Assembly (NCBI GenBank): GCA_040905565.1
Contig: JBBDRF010000071.1
Location: 18,968-82,967 of the forward strand
Length of the DNA stretch: 64,000 nt
DNA from: Phycisphaeraceae bacterium
GTDB taxonomy: Bacteria > Planctomycetota > Phycisphaerae > Phycisphaerales > Zrk34
Reading direction: 5' to 3'
This document shows positions 18,602 through 27,704 of this stretch, in pieces. Every line of letters begins with the position of its first letter. Position 1 is the first letter of the stretch. The position numbers and the translations under genes are program-made. A model generated the notes under the pieces. It searched no databases, was not told where the DNA came from, and saw nothing but the letters and a program-made list of their open reading frames with translations.

Positions 18602-19074
18602 GCGAGGACAAGATCACGATCGCCACCGTGGAGGCCGAGTTGCCGGCCGTCCACCAGTACGCCGAGCGGCACCAGTGGCAGATGGCATGGAACCCCGAGG
18701 CGTTGCGGCTGACCTTCGACGGGACGCATCCCGGTGACGGTAGGCCGCTACGAATCGTGGCCGACGTGACCGGCTACCGCGGCCTGCCTCCCAGTTGGAC
18801 GTTCGAAGATCCGGCCAACGGCAAAGCAAAACTGTTTCCTCGCCCGAAGAACCTCCGCGGGAACACGGGGTCGATCTTCCACCGCAACCAACGACGGATC
18901 TGCGCGCCATTCAACCGTCTCGCGTACAAGGAGCACGGCGGCCCGCACGGGAACTGGGGCGGGCCCGCCAACTGGCTCCAAGTAAAGAAGAACAGGCAAG
19001 TGCGGGCGATCCATCTCGCGGACATGCTCGCGGTCATCGTGGGGCACCTGCACGCCAGCCCGGGGGTAATGTGA
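18598..19074 (+). CDS. bilB: Prokaryotic E2-like conjugating enzyme (BilB-like)
   Basis: GYRGLPPSWTF...SIFH...ICAPFNRLAY...H.NW with a single Cys; GTGA overlap with the Ubl gene. Confidence 0.8.
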   Translation: MSEDKITIATVEAELPAVHQYAERHQWQMAWNPEALRLTFDGTHPGDGRPLRIVADVTGYRGLPPSWTFEDPANGKAKLFPRPKNLRGNTGSIFHRNQRRICAPFNRLAYKEHGGPHGNWGGPANWLQVKKNRQVRAIHLADMLAVIVGHLHASPGVM

Positions 19075-19601
19075 TGCCGCTCCTACGTACCAAACCGCTT
19101 CCGGTCGCCCAGGCTCGTGGCCGCCTGATCGTGCCCAAGTCGGTGACGAGCAGCACGCGCACCGTACTGCAGGACTTCCACGGCCCTGACGGTCGGCACG
19201 AGGGCCTCGTGTACTGGCTCGGGCGGCGACTGGAGCCGGACATCCTCGTGGTTGGGGCCGTCATCCCCGCCTGCGAGCACGGCCCCCACCGGGTCATGGC
19301 CTCGGCAGCGGCCGTGGGCGCAGTCGCCCGTGCCGCGCGGGCACGCGGCCTCGGCGTGGTGGCCCAAGTCCACTCCCACGGCGGGGATGATACCCGCCAC
19401 TCGGACGGGGATGACGTGCTTGTGCTCATGCCGGTGGAGGGAATGTTCTCCCTCGTGGTTGGCCGCTACGGCGAGGGGGGCATCACGCCACAGGACGGGG
19501 TGGGCGTTCATCAATACCAGGATGGCCGATGGGTGCAGATCCCGCCTGATTCCGCCGACGCGCTCGTGATCGTTCCGACGATGGAGGTGAATCGAAGATG
19601 A
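19074..19601 (+). CDS. bilC: JAB/MPN metallopeptidase (BilC-like)
   Basis: HEGLVYW plus QVHSHGGDDTRHSDGD (HxH-x7-S-x2-D); TGATG coupling to the upstream gene. Confidence 0.9.
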   Translation: MPLLRTKPLPVAQARGRLIVPKSVTSSTRTVLQDFHGPDGRHEGLVYWLGRRLEPDILVVGAVIPACEHGPHRVMASAAAVGAVARAARARGLGVVAQVHSHGGDDTRHSDGDDVLVLMPVEGMFSLVVGRYGEGGITPQDGVGVHQYQDGRWVQIPPDSADALVIVPTMEVNRR

Positions 19602-20956
19602 GCGAACGAGATCGTTTCTATCAGGAGCGGGACCGTCGAACCCGCGAGTACGGGGTCCAGGATGCGGCGTTCGAGCGCCCGGTGGCAGTGGTGGTCGGCG
19701 AGGACACAGCCGAAACCGAGCGGGGTCAGCTGCTCCTGCTGTCGCTCGTGCATCTGATCGCGCGGATGCATCACCGCTTGGTCCTAGTCGTGCCCCGGTC
19801 GCCGCTCATCGCACGCCGGGCGCTCGGCCCCGTGCAGACCGGCGCTTCCGCCACCCTTGAGGAAGCCGCGACGGCAGTTGCCACGGCAGTCGATCCGTTC
19901 ATCCAGGTTAGGCACAAGCTCTCAGGCGATGTGAAGGCAGCGATCGGTATCGGCACGCTGCCTGAGGGTAAGGTGCCGTGGCACGTGGGCCCGCACAACA
20001 ACCGTGCGATCGTATCGCCCGACCCGGTCCAGCCTGACCGGACCTTAGGATTCGCACTCGGCCCGTGTCTCGCAGCGTGTCTGGGGGCGTGGCTTCTCTT
20101 CCGGCTAGCGCTGGGTTGGCCGGTCCAGCCGCAGACAATCTCTGCGTGGAACCTTCGCCAAAATGATCAGGCGGAGGCGGGGCCGGAGGTGTTGGAGCCG
20201 CTGGATGTCGGGCGTGTGCTGATGGTTGGTGCGGGGGCGGTCGGCTCTTGCCTTGCCTACTGGCTCCGGCTGTCGGGCGTGCGTGGGCCGTGGCTCGTCG
20301 CTGACCGCGACACCGTCGCGCTCCACAACACGAACCGCTCGCTCGCCTTCCTTCCGGCTGATGCGGGATGGCCGGCCGGGCAATCCCGCGCCAAGGCATT
20401 GGCGGTGGCAGACCTATTTGGCGCCCAGTCGCGGGTGGCTTGGTACGATGAACTCAAAGGCGCCGACCGCGACGCCGACTTGGTCCTGTGCTTGGCGAAT
20501 CAAGGCGGCGTACGGTCGCGGATCGGTCAGCGGGGTGAGCCCATCGTATTGCACGCGACGACCTCACGGGGTTTCGAGTCCCAACTCCACCGGCACATCC
20601 CGGAGCGGGACGACTGCATCTTCTGCCGGGTTCCCTCAGCCGATGCCGAAGTCAACCTTGAATGTTCGACCGTTCCGCTCAAAGATGCTGGTTCCAGCAC
20701 GGATGCCGCGATCTCGTTCTTGTCGGCGAGTGCGGGACTGATGTTGCTTTCCGCTCTGTACCGCCTTGCTGCGGGAGAATTGGAGCACGAGAAATGGAAC
20801 TGGTGGCGGCTTGTGTACGGCAGCACCGTCCCGCTCGCCCTGACGGGAAAGCGCAAGTGCGCCGCGGACTGTCCGGGCACTCTCCCGGCCGAGGCGCGGA
20901 AGACCATTCAGGTCGACCATCGGTGGAGCCATTTAGATGCCGCGACGGGCGGATAA
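19598..20956 (+). CDS. bilD: E1-like activating enzyme (BilD-like): degenerate N-terminal domain plus ThiF adenylation domain
   Basis: VGAGAVGS, DRDTVALHNTNR, CIFC and CAADC (zinc), candidate catalytic Cys in NLECSTV; ATGA coupling. Confidence 0.88.
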   Translation: MSERDRFYQERDRRTREYGVQDAAFERPVAVVVGEDTAETERGQLLLLSLVHLIARMHHRLVLVVPRSPLIARRALGPVQTGASATLEEAATAVATAVDPFIQVRHKLSGDVKAAIGIGTLPEGKVPWHVGPHNNRAIVSPDPVQPDRTLGFALGPCLAACLGAWLLFRLALGWPVQPQTISAWNLRQNDQAEAGPEVLEPLDVGRVLMVGAGAVGSCLAYWLRLSGVRGPWLVADRDTVALHNTNRSLAFLPADAGWPAGQSRAKALAVADLFGAQSRVAWYDELKGADRDADLVLCLANQGGVRSRIGQRGEPIVLHATTSRGFESQLHRHIPERDDCIFCRVPSADAEVNLECSTVPLKDAGSSTDAAISFLSASAGLMLLSALYRLAAGELEHEKWNWWRLVYGSTVPLALTGKRKCAADCPGTLPAEARKTIQVDHRWSHLDAATGG

Positions 20957-21177
20957 AGTACCCTGCTAGATTGACGCAGGTCGGACGAGTTGGCTCCGCG
21001 CGGATTTTATCTTAAGCGGAAAGAGTCCGGCGAAAGTCCGCACATAGGTGTGCGCCAGCCGTAGCGACGCATGGCCGATGCGCGCTGGATCGCCGAAGGT
21101 CTTCTGGGGGCTTCTCCCAGCAGCTGAGAGGCGTGGGCGCGTGCCGCAATGGATTCGGAGACCGATGGCTGCCTGAG

Positions 21178-22314
21178 ATGATCATTCACCCAAGAACGAT
21201 CCTACCAGACACGTCGATGCTCAATGGGCTCGCCGACGACCTCGCACATGGCGACCCAAAGCGTAGGAGGCGAGCGGAGCGGTTCCTTGCGGCATCAGTG
21301 GAACGCGGCTGGGTGTTCGTCATCGGCTTCGAGCACCTGATCGAAATTTGCCAGCATGCCAACGACAACGTCGTCATGCGCCGGATCCAACTACTCGATA
21401 AGTTTCCATCGGTCGCAGTTCTCTCGCCCGTGCGCGTGGAATCGCCGGTCGGCGGCATCGTCGACGTGCTCACGCGCGAGGTTCGCGCGGCCCATTTTCG
21501 AGGGTGCAAATCCTTACTGGCAATCCGAGATCGGGTTCGCGAGGAAGTGTTCCGGTGGACTGAGGGGCCGGAGATCTATGCGTTCGCACATGAGGCGATG
21601 CCGTTGATATCTGCTATCGCCAGATCGCAGATCCAGCAGAACCGGATGATCGCTTCGATGTCTCGGTTCAGTCCGATCGGAGCCCGGACGGCCCGAATCC
21701 CGAAGGACGAGCCTATGCCGGTGCGGAGCCCGTCCGAAATCCGACGGTACTTGCGGGAGTTGGGAGACCGGCTGAAATGGTCACTGAGCGCCGAGGGCGT
21801 GCCGGGCATCGAAGAGATCGAAGAATTTGCAGGAGCCTTCGTGTCGGACGTCGCCTCCGATTTCGCTCGGGCACTTGAGTTGGGTGGGGTTGATATCGGG
21901 ACGATCTGTGAGGCAACAGGGCTCGATCGCGAGCTGGTTCAACCGGGCATGTCCGTTGAGGACATCGGATACGTTGCCGGCTGGAATCATCGTCTGAAGG
22001 TCGTGTCGAAGAACCTTCAGTTGCCGAACATGTTGACAGCGAGCGATGTGGCCCCCGATCTGATGCCCACCCAACGAGTCGATCGCCTGATCAACCGGAT
22101 TCGGAAACGCGCAGCGCGTCGTGCGGAGGGGGGCGACCTGATGGACGACCACCTTCTTTCTCTCGGGTGTTACGCGGAGGTAGCGGTGGTGGACAAACGG
22201 ACAAAAGAGTGGTGCCGGCAGGCCAAGCAGGCCGATCCGCAGCTGGGTGGCGTGCTTCCGAAAATCGTGAAGGTTCCGCGGTACGCCGAATTACTGAACG
22301 CGCTATCAGCATGA
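21178..22314 (+). CDS. Hypothetical protein, possibly PIN-like nuclease with a large insertion
   Basis: ILPDTS at the N-terminus, EHLIE, and GDLMDDH...VAVVDKR at the C-terminus. Confidence 0.5.
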   Translation: MIIHPRTILPDTSMLNGLADDLAHGDPKRRRRAERFLAASVERGWVFVIGFEHLIEICQHANDNVVMRRIQLLDKFPSVAVLSPVRVESPVGGIVDVLTREVRAAHFRGCKSLLAIRDRVREEVFRWTEGPEIYAFAHEAMPLISAIARSQIQQNRMIASMSRFSPIGARTARIPKDEPMPVRSPSEIRRYLRELGDRLKWSLSAEGVPGIEEIEEFAGAFVSDVASDFARALELGGVDIGTICEATGLDRELVQPGMSVEDIGYVAGWNHRLKVVSKNLQLPNMLTASDVAPDLMPTQRVDRLINRIRKRAARRAEGGDLMDDHLLSLGCYAEVAVVDKRTKEWCRQAKQADPQLGGVLPKIVKVPRYAELLNALSA

Positions 22315-22531
22315 CGGCCGCCAACAGCTGCGGCGTTCGGACGGGCAGTTCAGTGGGTGGGCGAACACCTTGTGCGAAGACTTTCCGAATCTCGTGCCGG
22401 GTTGCGTGACCTGCCTGAACTCCGGTCGTCATGTGTCTCCAACGATTTCTCATGTCCGGGGCTCGCGAGACCTCGAGCACCTCTGGTGGTAGGTTGCTGC
22501 ACCGATTAGAATTCATGCAAGGGCACCTCCC

Positions 22532-23164
22532 ATGGGACTACTTGGCCAGATCGCACGACTGCTGACCGGCGGGACATCCAAACCTGCCCGGGCCAAGCGC
22601 CGCTCCGCCAAGCATGGCGCCGTCCCATCCAAGGGCTGGAGTGACCACGACATCCGAATCGTGGCCGAGTCGGCTCAAAGCATGGTTCGGGTGGTGAACG
22701 AGTCCATGCAGATCGCCAAGTCGACGGGCAGCTTCGCAACTAAGCAGAGTCGGCTGCGCGTGGTTCGGGAGAACCTGAGGCAACTCAAAGCCATGCGCCA
22801 GCAGTACCCGTTCCTGATCCTGAAAGAACTCGAGGCGGTCGAAGCCGAGTGGGTACAGCTTCAGAACGAGGTGCAGCGTCGCGACTACGCCGCCATGGCC
22901 GATGGCAACCAGAAGGGGCAGGCGCTCGAAAAAGAGGGGCGGCCCGACGAAGCCATTGGGGTATACGAGCGGCTGCTCGCTCAGGGCGTCGACACGCCCT
23001 TTACCTATCGGCGTCTGGCAATCCTCTACCGCAAACGGAAGGACGGAGAGAACGAGATGCGAGTTCTCGACGCGGCCTGCCAAAACATCCCGCCAACAAA
23101 TCCCAAGCATCACCAGTGGTTCGTCGAGCGACGGGAGAAACTGCGTACTAAGATGAAGGCCTGA
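22532..23164 (+). CDS. TPR-containing hypothetical protein
   Basis: GQALEKEGRPDEAIGVYERLL...PFTYRRLAILYRK. Confidence 0.7.
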   Translation: MGLLGQIARLLTGGTSKPARAKRRSAKHGAVPSKGWSDHDIRIVAESAQSMVRVVNESMQIAKSTGSFATKQSRLRVVRENLRQLKAMRQQYPFLILKELEAVEAEWVQLQNEVQRRDYAAMADGNQKGQALEKEGRPDEAIGVYERLLAQGVDTPFTYRRLAILYRKRKDGENEMRVLDAACQNIPPTNPKHHQWFVERREKLRTKMKA

Positions 23165-23165
23165 T

Positions 23166-24764
23166 CTACTGGGGCGGCAACGGGCGCTTGATGAACTCGG
23201 AGCCTTCGGTTCCCTTCCACCGCACGAGAACGGTTTTGGCCGCCGGATCGGCCAACGCGGTCTCGACATCCTCCAGCGAACTCGGAAGTTGAGCTTTGGT
23301 GAGCACGATTTCACCAGGCGGAAGTTGGATGGGTGCCCCGAAGAGGGCCGCGTCCTCCGGCCCGACTGTTGCTTTCAGGTTCGCCACCTTCCTCTCAGAC
23401 TGCTTCTGGAGCAGTTGCTCCGCCCCCTCGCGGCTGAAAATCGTTGTCACTTCCGTGGTTTCACCAAGCTGCCGCACCTCCTGGTCGCGGAAACGCCAGT
23501 AGATTTCAGCGATCCAATCGACGTCCTCCTCGGTCAGCGACTCAGGCATCACGGGATTCACGTCGCAGGCTTGGGCGATGGCGCGGGCCTGCCGGAGGTG
23601 CTCAAGCAGTTGGGCGGCCATCTCCACGAAGCCGAGGGCATCCCGCATGGCGTGCCCCGTGAACAGCGGGCGGCCCTTGCTGGTGCATCGGATGAACAGC
23701 AAGGCACCTTGCTGTACGGCGGTGAAAAGCTCGTACAGCGGGTCGAAGTAGGCCAGGTGGCGGATCCGCTGCCCGGTCCATTCCTCCACCCGAAAGCCAA
23801 AATCCATCGTAATCGATCCCCTGTCCTCCGTTTCGTCGAGCGCAAGCGGAAAACGAATCGACAGAGGCGACTCGGGCAGGGTGCCGGCAAACCGCATCTC
23901 CTTCGGCCCCCCCGCCAAGATCCCCACGATCGTATCCAGCCGAGCCACCTCGCGATCGTCGGCCACCGCACAGACCTCGAGCCTGGCTTCGATGCTCTTT
24001 TGGTGCTGCATCGTGGCGGCTGTACCAACGATCTTCTCGATGAGCGGCGAACCATCCACCTTCACGTCCAGTTCCGAGAGGTCAACCGGCAAGCCCCGCT
24101 CGATCAGGTTCTCGATCGCTTGCTGCATCCGCTCCGGAGCTCCCGTGAGGTGCAGGTTGAACTGGACCGTCTGCTTCGCATTGACGCGGTAGTGGGTCTG
24201 GTCGCCGTCCGTTCGCACCGTGACGGCAAATCGCGGATCAAGACTCTCGTACCGCCGCTTCTCAGCGTCCACTGCCGTCGCAAGGGCCGCGGGCTGCAGC
24301 GCGATCATGTAGCGTTCGGCCTCAGCGACGGAGTTTTGCAACTGCTCGTGATCGTGGATCTTCTGGGTTTCGGGGATGTGCACAGTTACCCGCTGCTGGT
24401 CCCGCCACGGCCGCTGGGCCACCGCCTCCAGCGCATACTGCTGGAGGAACAGCCAGTAGCACCGCTCATTGGTCACGTCGACCACCACGAGAAACACCGG
24501 CTGCCGGCAGCAATCCACGTAATAGGCCAGGTGCTTGGAGCTCAGCGCAAAGCGGACCGTGCCGTTGACCAAGCGGAGCTGGCGCGTCCCTTTCAGCTGA
24601 ACGGCGAACGTCTGTCCCGTCATTTGGCCGTCGGCGGCCACTTCGACCAGGTAGTCGATCCCGTAGTCGGGGTGCTGCGGGCGCGCCACCCAAGCGCTGG
24701 GAAGGGCGCCTTGAAAAGTTCGCTGGGCCGCCTCGTCGATCTCATGCTGCGGTGATCGTTGCAT
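23166..24764 (-). CDS. DUF4365 (PD-(D/E)xK-like) domain protein with long unknown C-terminus
   Basis: PDYGIDYLVEV...FAVQLKGT...PVFLVVVD. Confidence 0.85.
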   Translation of the reverse strand: MQRSPQHEIDEAAQRTFQGALPSAWVARPQHPDYGIDYLVEVAADGQMTGQTFAVQLKGTRQLRLVNGTVRFALSSKHLAYYVDCCRQPVFLVVVDVTNERCYWLFLQQYALEAVAQRPWRDQQRVTVHIPETQKIHDHEQLQNSVAEAERYMIALQPAALATAVDAEKRRYESLDPRFAVTVRTDGDQTHYRVNAKQTVQFNLHLTGAPERMQQAIENLIERGLPVDLSELDVKVDGSPLIEKIVGTAATMQHQKSIEARLEVCAVADDREVARLDTIVGILAGGPKEMRFAGTLPESPLSIRFPLALDETEDRGSITMDFGFRVEEWTGQRIRHLAYFDPLYELFTAVQQGALLFIRCTSKGRPLFTGHAMRDALGFVEMAAQLLEHLRQARAIAQACDVNPVMPESLTEEDVDWIAEIYWRFRDQEVRQLGETTEVTTIFSREGAEQLLQKQSERKVANLKATVGPEDAALFGAPIQLPPGEIVLTKAQLPSSLEDVETALADPAAKTVLVRWKGTEGSEFIKRPLPPQ

Positions 24765-24932
24765 GCTTCATCAAAGGTACCGCCGCCTGACCTCGTTGAC
24801 TAGCTCACCGCCTCAATTACCGCCCCTGCTCGATACGAGCAGCAGAAACACCTGTGCATAACGGCGCACGAGTGCTTGCTTTGGGCCGGAGTGTATCGCT
24901 CAATGGGCGTACACCCTGCGAGGAGCATCATC

Positions 24933-25190
24933 ATGCGCGCAACGCGGATCGATCTGGAAGGCCGCCCGGGCCACTACGCGAGCATCAGCCGCAAACGGGG
25001 GAGCGACCGGATCGACGTCCGGCTGCTAACTCCCGATACGCCCAACGGGCGTGATCATCACGTCCAAGCTGATTGCATCGACGACATCCGGTCGATGGCC
25101 GAGTGCCTGCAATTCCACCTCGACGGCCGTCGCGGCACCAACAGCGACATTCACGGCTACTTTCGCGAACTCGAGCGGTTCGCCAACTGA
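24933..25190 (+). CDS. Hypothetical protein
   Basis: GAGGAG ribosome-binding site, 85 aa, plausible codon usage. Confidence 0.6.
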   Translation: MRATRIDLEGRPGHYASISRKRGSDRIDVRLLTPDTPNGRDHHVQADCIDDIRSMAECLQFHLDGRRGTNSDIHGYFRELERFAN

Positions 25191-25213
25191 CCACCTGTCC
25201 CAAGGGGATCGCC

Positions 25214-25423
25214 ATGCCCGATGCTGCCCGCCTCGTCGACGCGCTCAAGGACAACCTCAGCCCTGAGGCCGCTGCGCTAATTGCCGCCAAATGTCAGCCG
25301 CTCTACGCCCGCAGCGAAGGCGGTCGATCCGCCGAGCATGAATGCGCCTGGTTCGCTCAGCAACTCATCGACATGCTCGGAACGGAAGAGTACGAAGCCA
25401 TCTGCGACGAGTTGATGATGTGA
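25214..25423 (+). CDS. Hypothetical protein
   Basis: AAGGGG ribosome-binding site, 69 aa, follows the previous gene. Confidence 0.55.
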   Translation: MPDAARLVDALKDNLSPEAAALIAAKCQPLYARSEGGRSAEHECAWFAQQLIDMLGTEEYEAICDELMM

Positions 25424-25496
25424 GCATCGGATCGCGCCCAGCGACTTGTCGAGCAGCGTCAATCAGCGATAATCGTGGTAAGATTGGGGTTTGCCA

Positions 25497-26349
25497 ATGC
25501 CACGGCGGAAGTCCGAGTCGGATCGCCTGCTTGATGACGTGTTCGCCATGCTGCGTGAGGCGCCGTGGTGGGTGGGGCCTCCGTTCATTCTGATCGCATA
25601 GGGGCTGTTTGCGGTCGTCATACCTGCCATTTTGGAATACGTCGGCGAAGGCTCACAGCCGCCCTCGCAGCCGGTTTTCGACACGGTTGCTAGCGTCTCC
25701 AGCACGGTGTCGCCCTTCATCGCGGCGATCGCTGCGATCGTGTGGCTTGTTGCTCTGATGCAGAAAACCTGTCGATGCGCGTCGGTTGAATCGACAAACG
25801 GGCCTCGAAAGCATTCGAGATCTTTCATGGCGTGAGTTCGAACATCTGCTTGCTGAAGGCTTTCGGCGGCAGGGCTACCGCGTTTCCGACACCGGGGCGG
25901 GGGCGGATGGTGGGGTCGATCTGGTCCTGGAGAAAGCGGGGAGCCGGACACTCGTTCAGGCCAAGCAGTGGAAGGCGCGAAAGGTCGGGGTCCGGCCTGT
26001 GCGTGAGCTTTTCGGCGTGCAAAGGTCCGAGGGAGTGGATTCGGCCATCATCGTGACGAGTGGGAACATCACAGCCGAGGCACGCCGATTCGCTGACAGC
26101 AATGCTGTGCAGGTGATCGAGGGTGCGACGCTGCTGCAGATGATTCGAGAGGTGCAGCGCCATCGTCCGCAGCCGGCGGCGGCGAGGCCCACGAACCATG
26201 CGCCAGCGGGGCCGACTGATGATTCCCCAGCGTGTCCCGCTTGTGGAGCCCAGATGCTCCGGCGCATCGCTAAGAAGGGCCCCCGCGCGGGGCAGCCGTT
26301 CTGGGGATGCGCCAGCTTCCCCAGTTGCCGCGAAACACGAGCTGTCTAA
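25497..26349 (+). pseudogene. mrr: Membrane-anchored Mrr-family restriction endonuclease with C-terminal topoisomerase zinc finger; nonsense codon and frameshift
   Basis: ATG 25497; in-frame TAG at 25599-25601; frame switch near the A-run 25764-25767; then WREFEHLL...GADGGVD...VQAKQW and CPACG...FWGC..FPSC. Confidence 0.85.
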
Positions 26350-26393
26350 AAGGATCGGCAGGTTGAAGAAGCGGATGTTTTGGGCCGGCCAAA

Positions 26394-27704
26394 TTATTTG
26401 TGACGCTTCAGTTGTGCGGGAACACTGATTTCGTCCATCTGCTCCGGGAAGGCTGCGCTGCTGCGTAAATCTGCGATCAACGACGTTACCACGCGTTCCT
26501 CATGAATCGCGACGCCTCGTGTCTGCATGGCCGTGGATAGCTGATCATCCCATTTGGCGGGGACAGCATCACCACGAAGCTCGCGTCCGCCCTGGCCTGC
26601 GACGGCCAGATAATCTGCTGCCGACATGCGCCATGGCTTTGCCCGATGTTCGCTGATGATTCGGTTGGCGATCCGGATGCCGCCCCAGTCAAAATCGCCG
26701 TGGTACCGAAGCGTGATGCCGGCGCTGCTGAGCAGTTCGAGCAGGAGGGTTGCCGCCGTGGTGGGCTGGCCGTCGATGCACACCAGCGGCTGACTCGCAG
26801 GGCCAAGCGCATCGGCGGCCGCCGCGACCACGTTCGCGTTCTCACAGACGAATACGCCGCCGGTCAAGGTGTCGGCGTCGAAAGTCGGCGGGCGGCGCAG
26901 CAGTTGCCGTGATGTCAGACGGCAGGGCTCACCGGCCTGGGCGCCGAGGGTGAGCAGTTGATCGGTCAGGGCCGTGCCGGCGCCGGGCAGGTTCAGCGCG
27001 AGGGCGGGGGCGCTGAGTTCGTCGCAGATCACGCGGACCGCATCCCAGGCGCGGCGGCGGGCGGAGGCGCTGCGCCACTGATCGTGGCCGGCCAACGCCG
27101 CGGCTGCGCGCACAGCCAGCGTGCCGACAGGCTGGCCGTGATCCAGCGCGTGGCTGTCACCACAACACTCGGCGGCGAGTTGGGCGAGCGTCACACCCCC
27201 GGCCGGTAGGCGACCGACCACCCGAACGGCCTGCTCGAGCAGCACAGCCCCGCGCTCGACATCGCCACCGGACAACCGCCGCAACACCCCCTGCTCACGG
27301 ACCTGCTCGTACCAGCTCGCCACCGCCTCGCGCGTCTGTACGTCGGAGCGGAAGCGATCGAAGAGGTTCATCCAGGCTGCCCGCTCACGCTCCGCTTCGC
27401 TGCGTCGATCGATCAGAGGGCCTGTCAGCGTTTCGATCGCCTGGCGAAGGTTGGGCGCCATGCCGCTGCTGACGACGATGTGCTCCAGTTGATCGATCCG
27501 CACGCTGATCGAATCGCTCGCGACTGGGCACCGACCAAGCAGCCGATCGCATGCTTCCCGCTCTCGCGGGCTGGGATTGAGCAGCCGAAGCACGCCGTTC
27601 GCGTCCGTTTGGCCTCGCTCGTAGCGCCGTCGCAGGCGATCCACCAGCCAGGCCAGTTCCGGCGTGCCCAGCGTTTGCCGTACTCGTGGCTCATCTACCC
27701 TCAC
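26394..27704 (-). CDS. jetD: Wadjet type II JetD Toprim nuclease (TIGR02679-like)
   Basis: DSHALD, VFVCEN, PLVCIDGQP, YHGDFDWGG and HEE motifs. Confidence 0.9.
   Translation of the reverse strand: MRVDEPRVRQTLGTPELAWLVDRLRRRYERGQTDANGVLRLLNPSPREREACDRLLGRCPVASDSISVRIDQLEHIVVSSGMAPNLRQAIETLTGPLIDRRSEAERERAAWMNLFDRFRSDVQTREAVASWYEQVREQGVLRRLSGGDVERGAVLLEQAVRVVGRLPAGGVTLAQLAAECCGDSHALDHGQPVGTLAVRAAAALAGHDQWRSASARRRAWDAVRVICDELSAPALALNLPGAGTALTDQLLTLGAQAGEPCRLTSRQLLRRPPTFDADTLTGGVFVCENANVVAAAADALGPASQPLVCIDGQPTTAATLLLELLSSAGITLRYHGDFDWGGIRIANRIISEHRAKPWRMSAADYLAVAGQGGRELRGDAVPAKWDDQLSTAMQTRGVAIHEERVVTSLIADLRSSAAFPEQMDEISVPAQLKRHK

Noticed and set aside
18323..20956. Thiamine/molybdopterin sulfur-relay operon or CBASS Cap2/Cap3
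   Set aside because: An E2-like gene is present, there are no cofactor-biosynthesis genes, and no CD-NTase or cyclic-nucleotide effector is nearby.
23289..24755. Long plus-strand ORF (also 1379-2605, 31871-33220 and 46171-47427)
   Set aside because: Antisense shadows of well-supported genes in GC-rich DNA, with no recognisable motifs.
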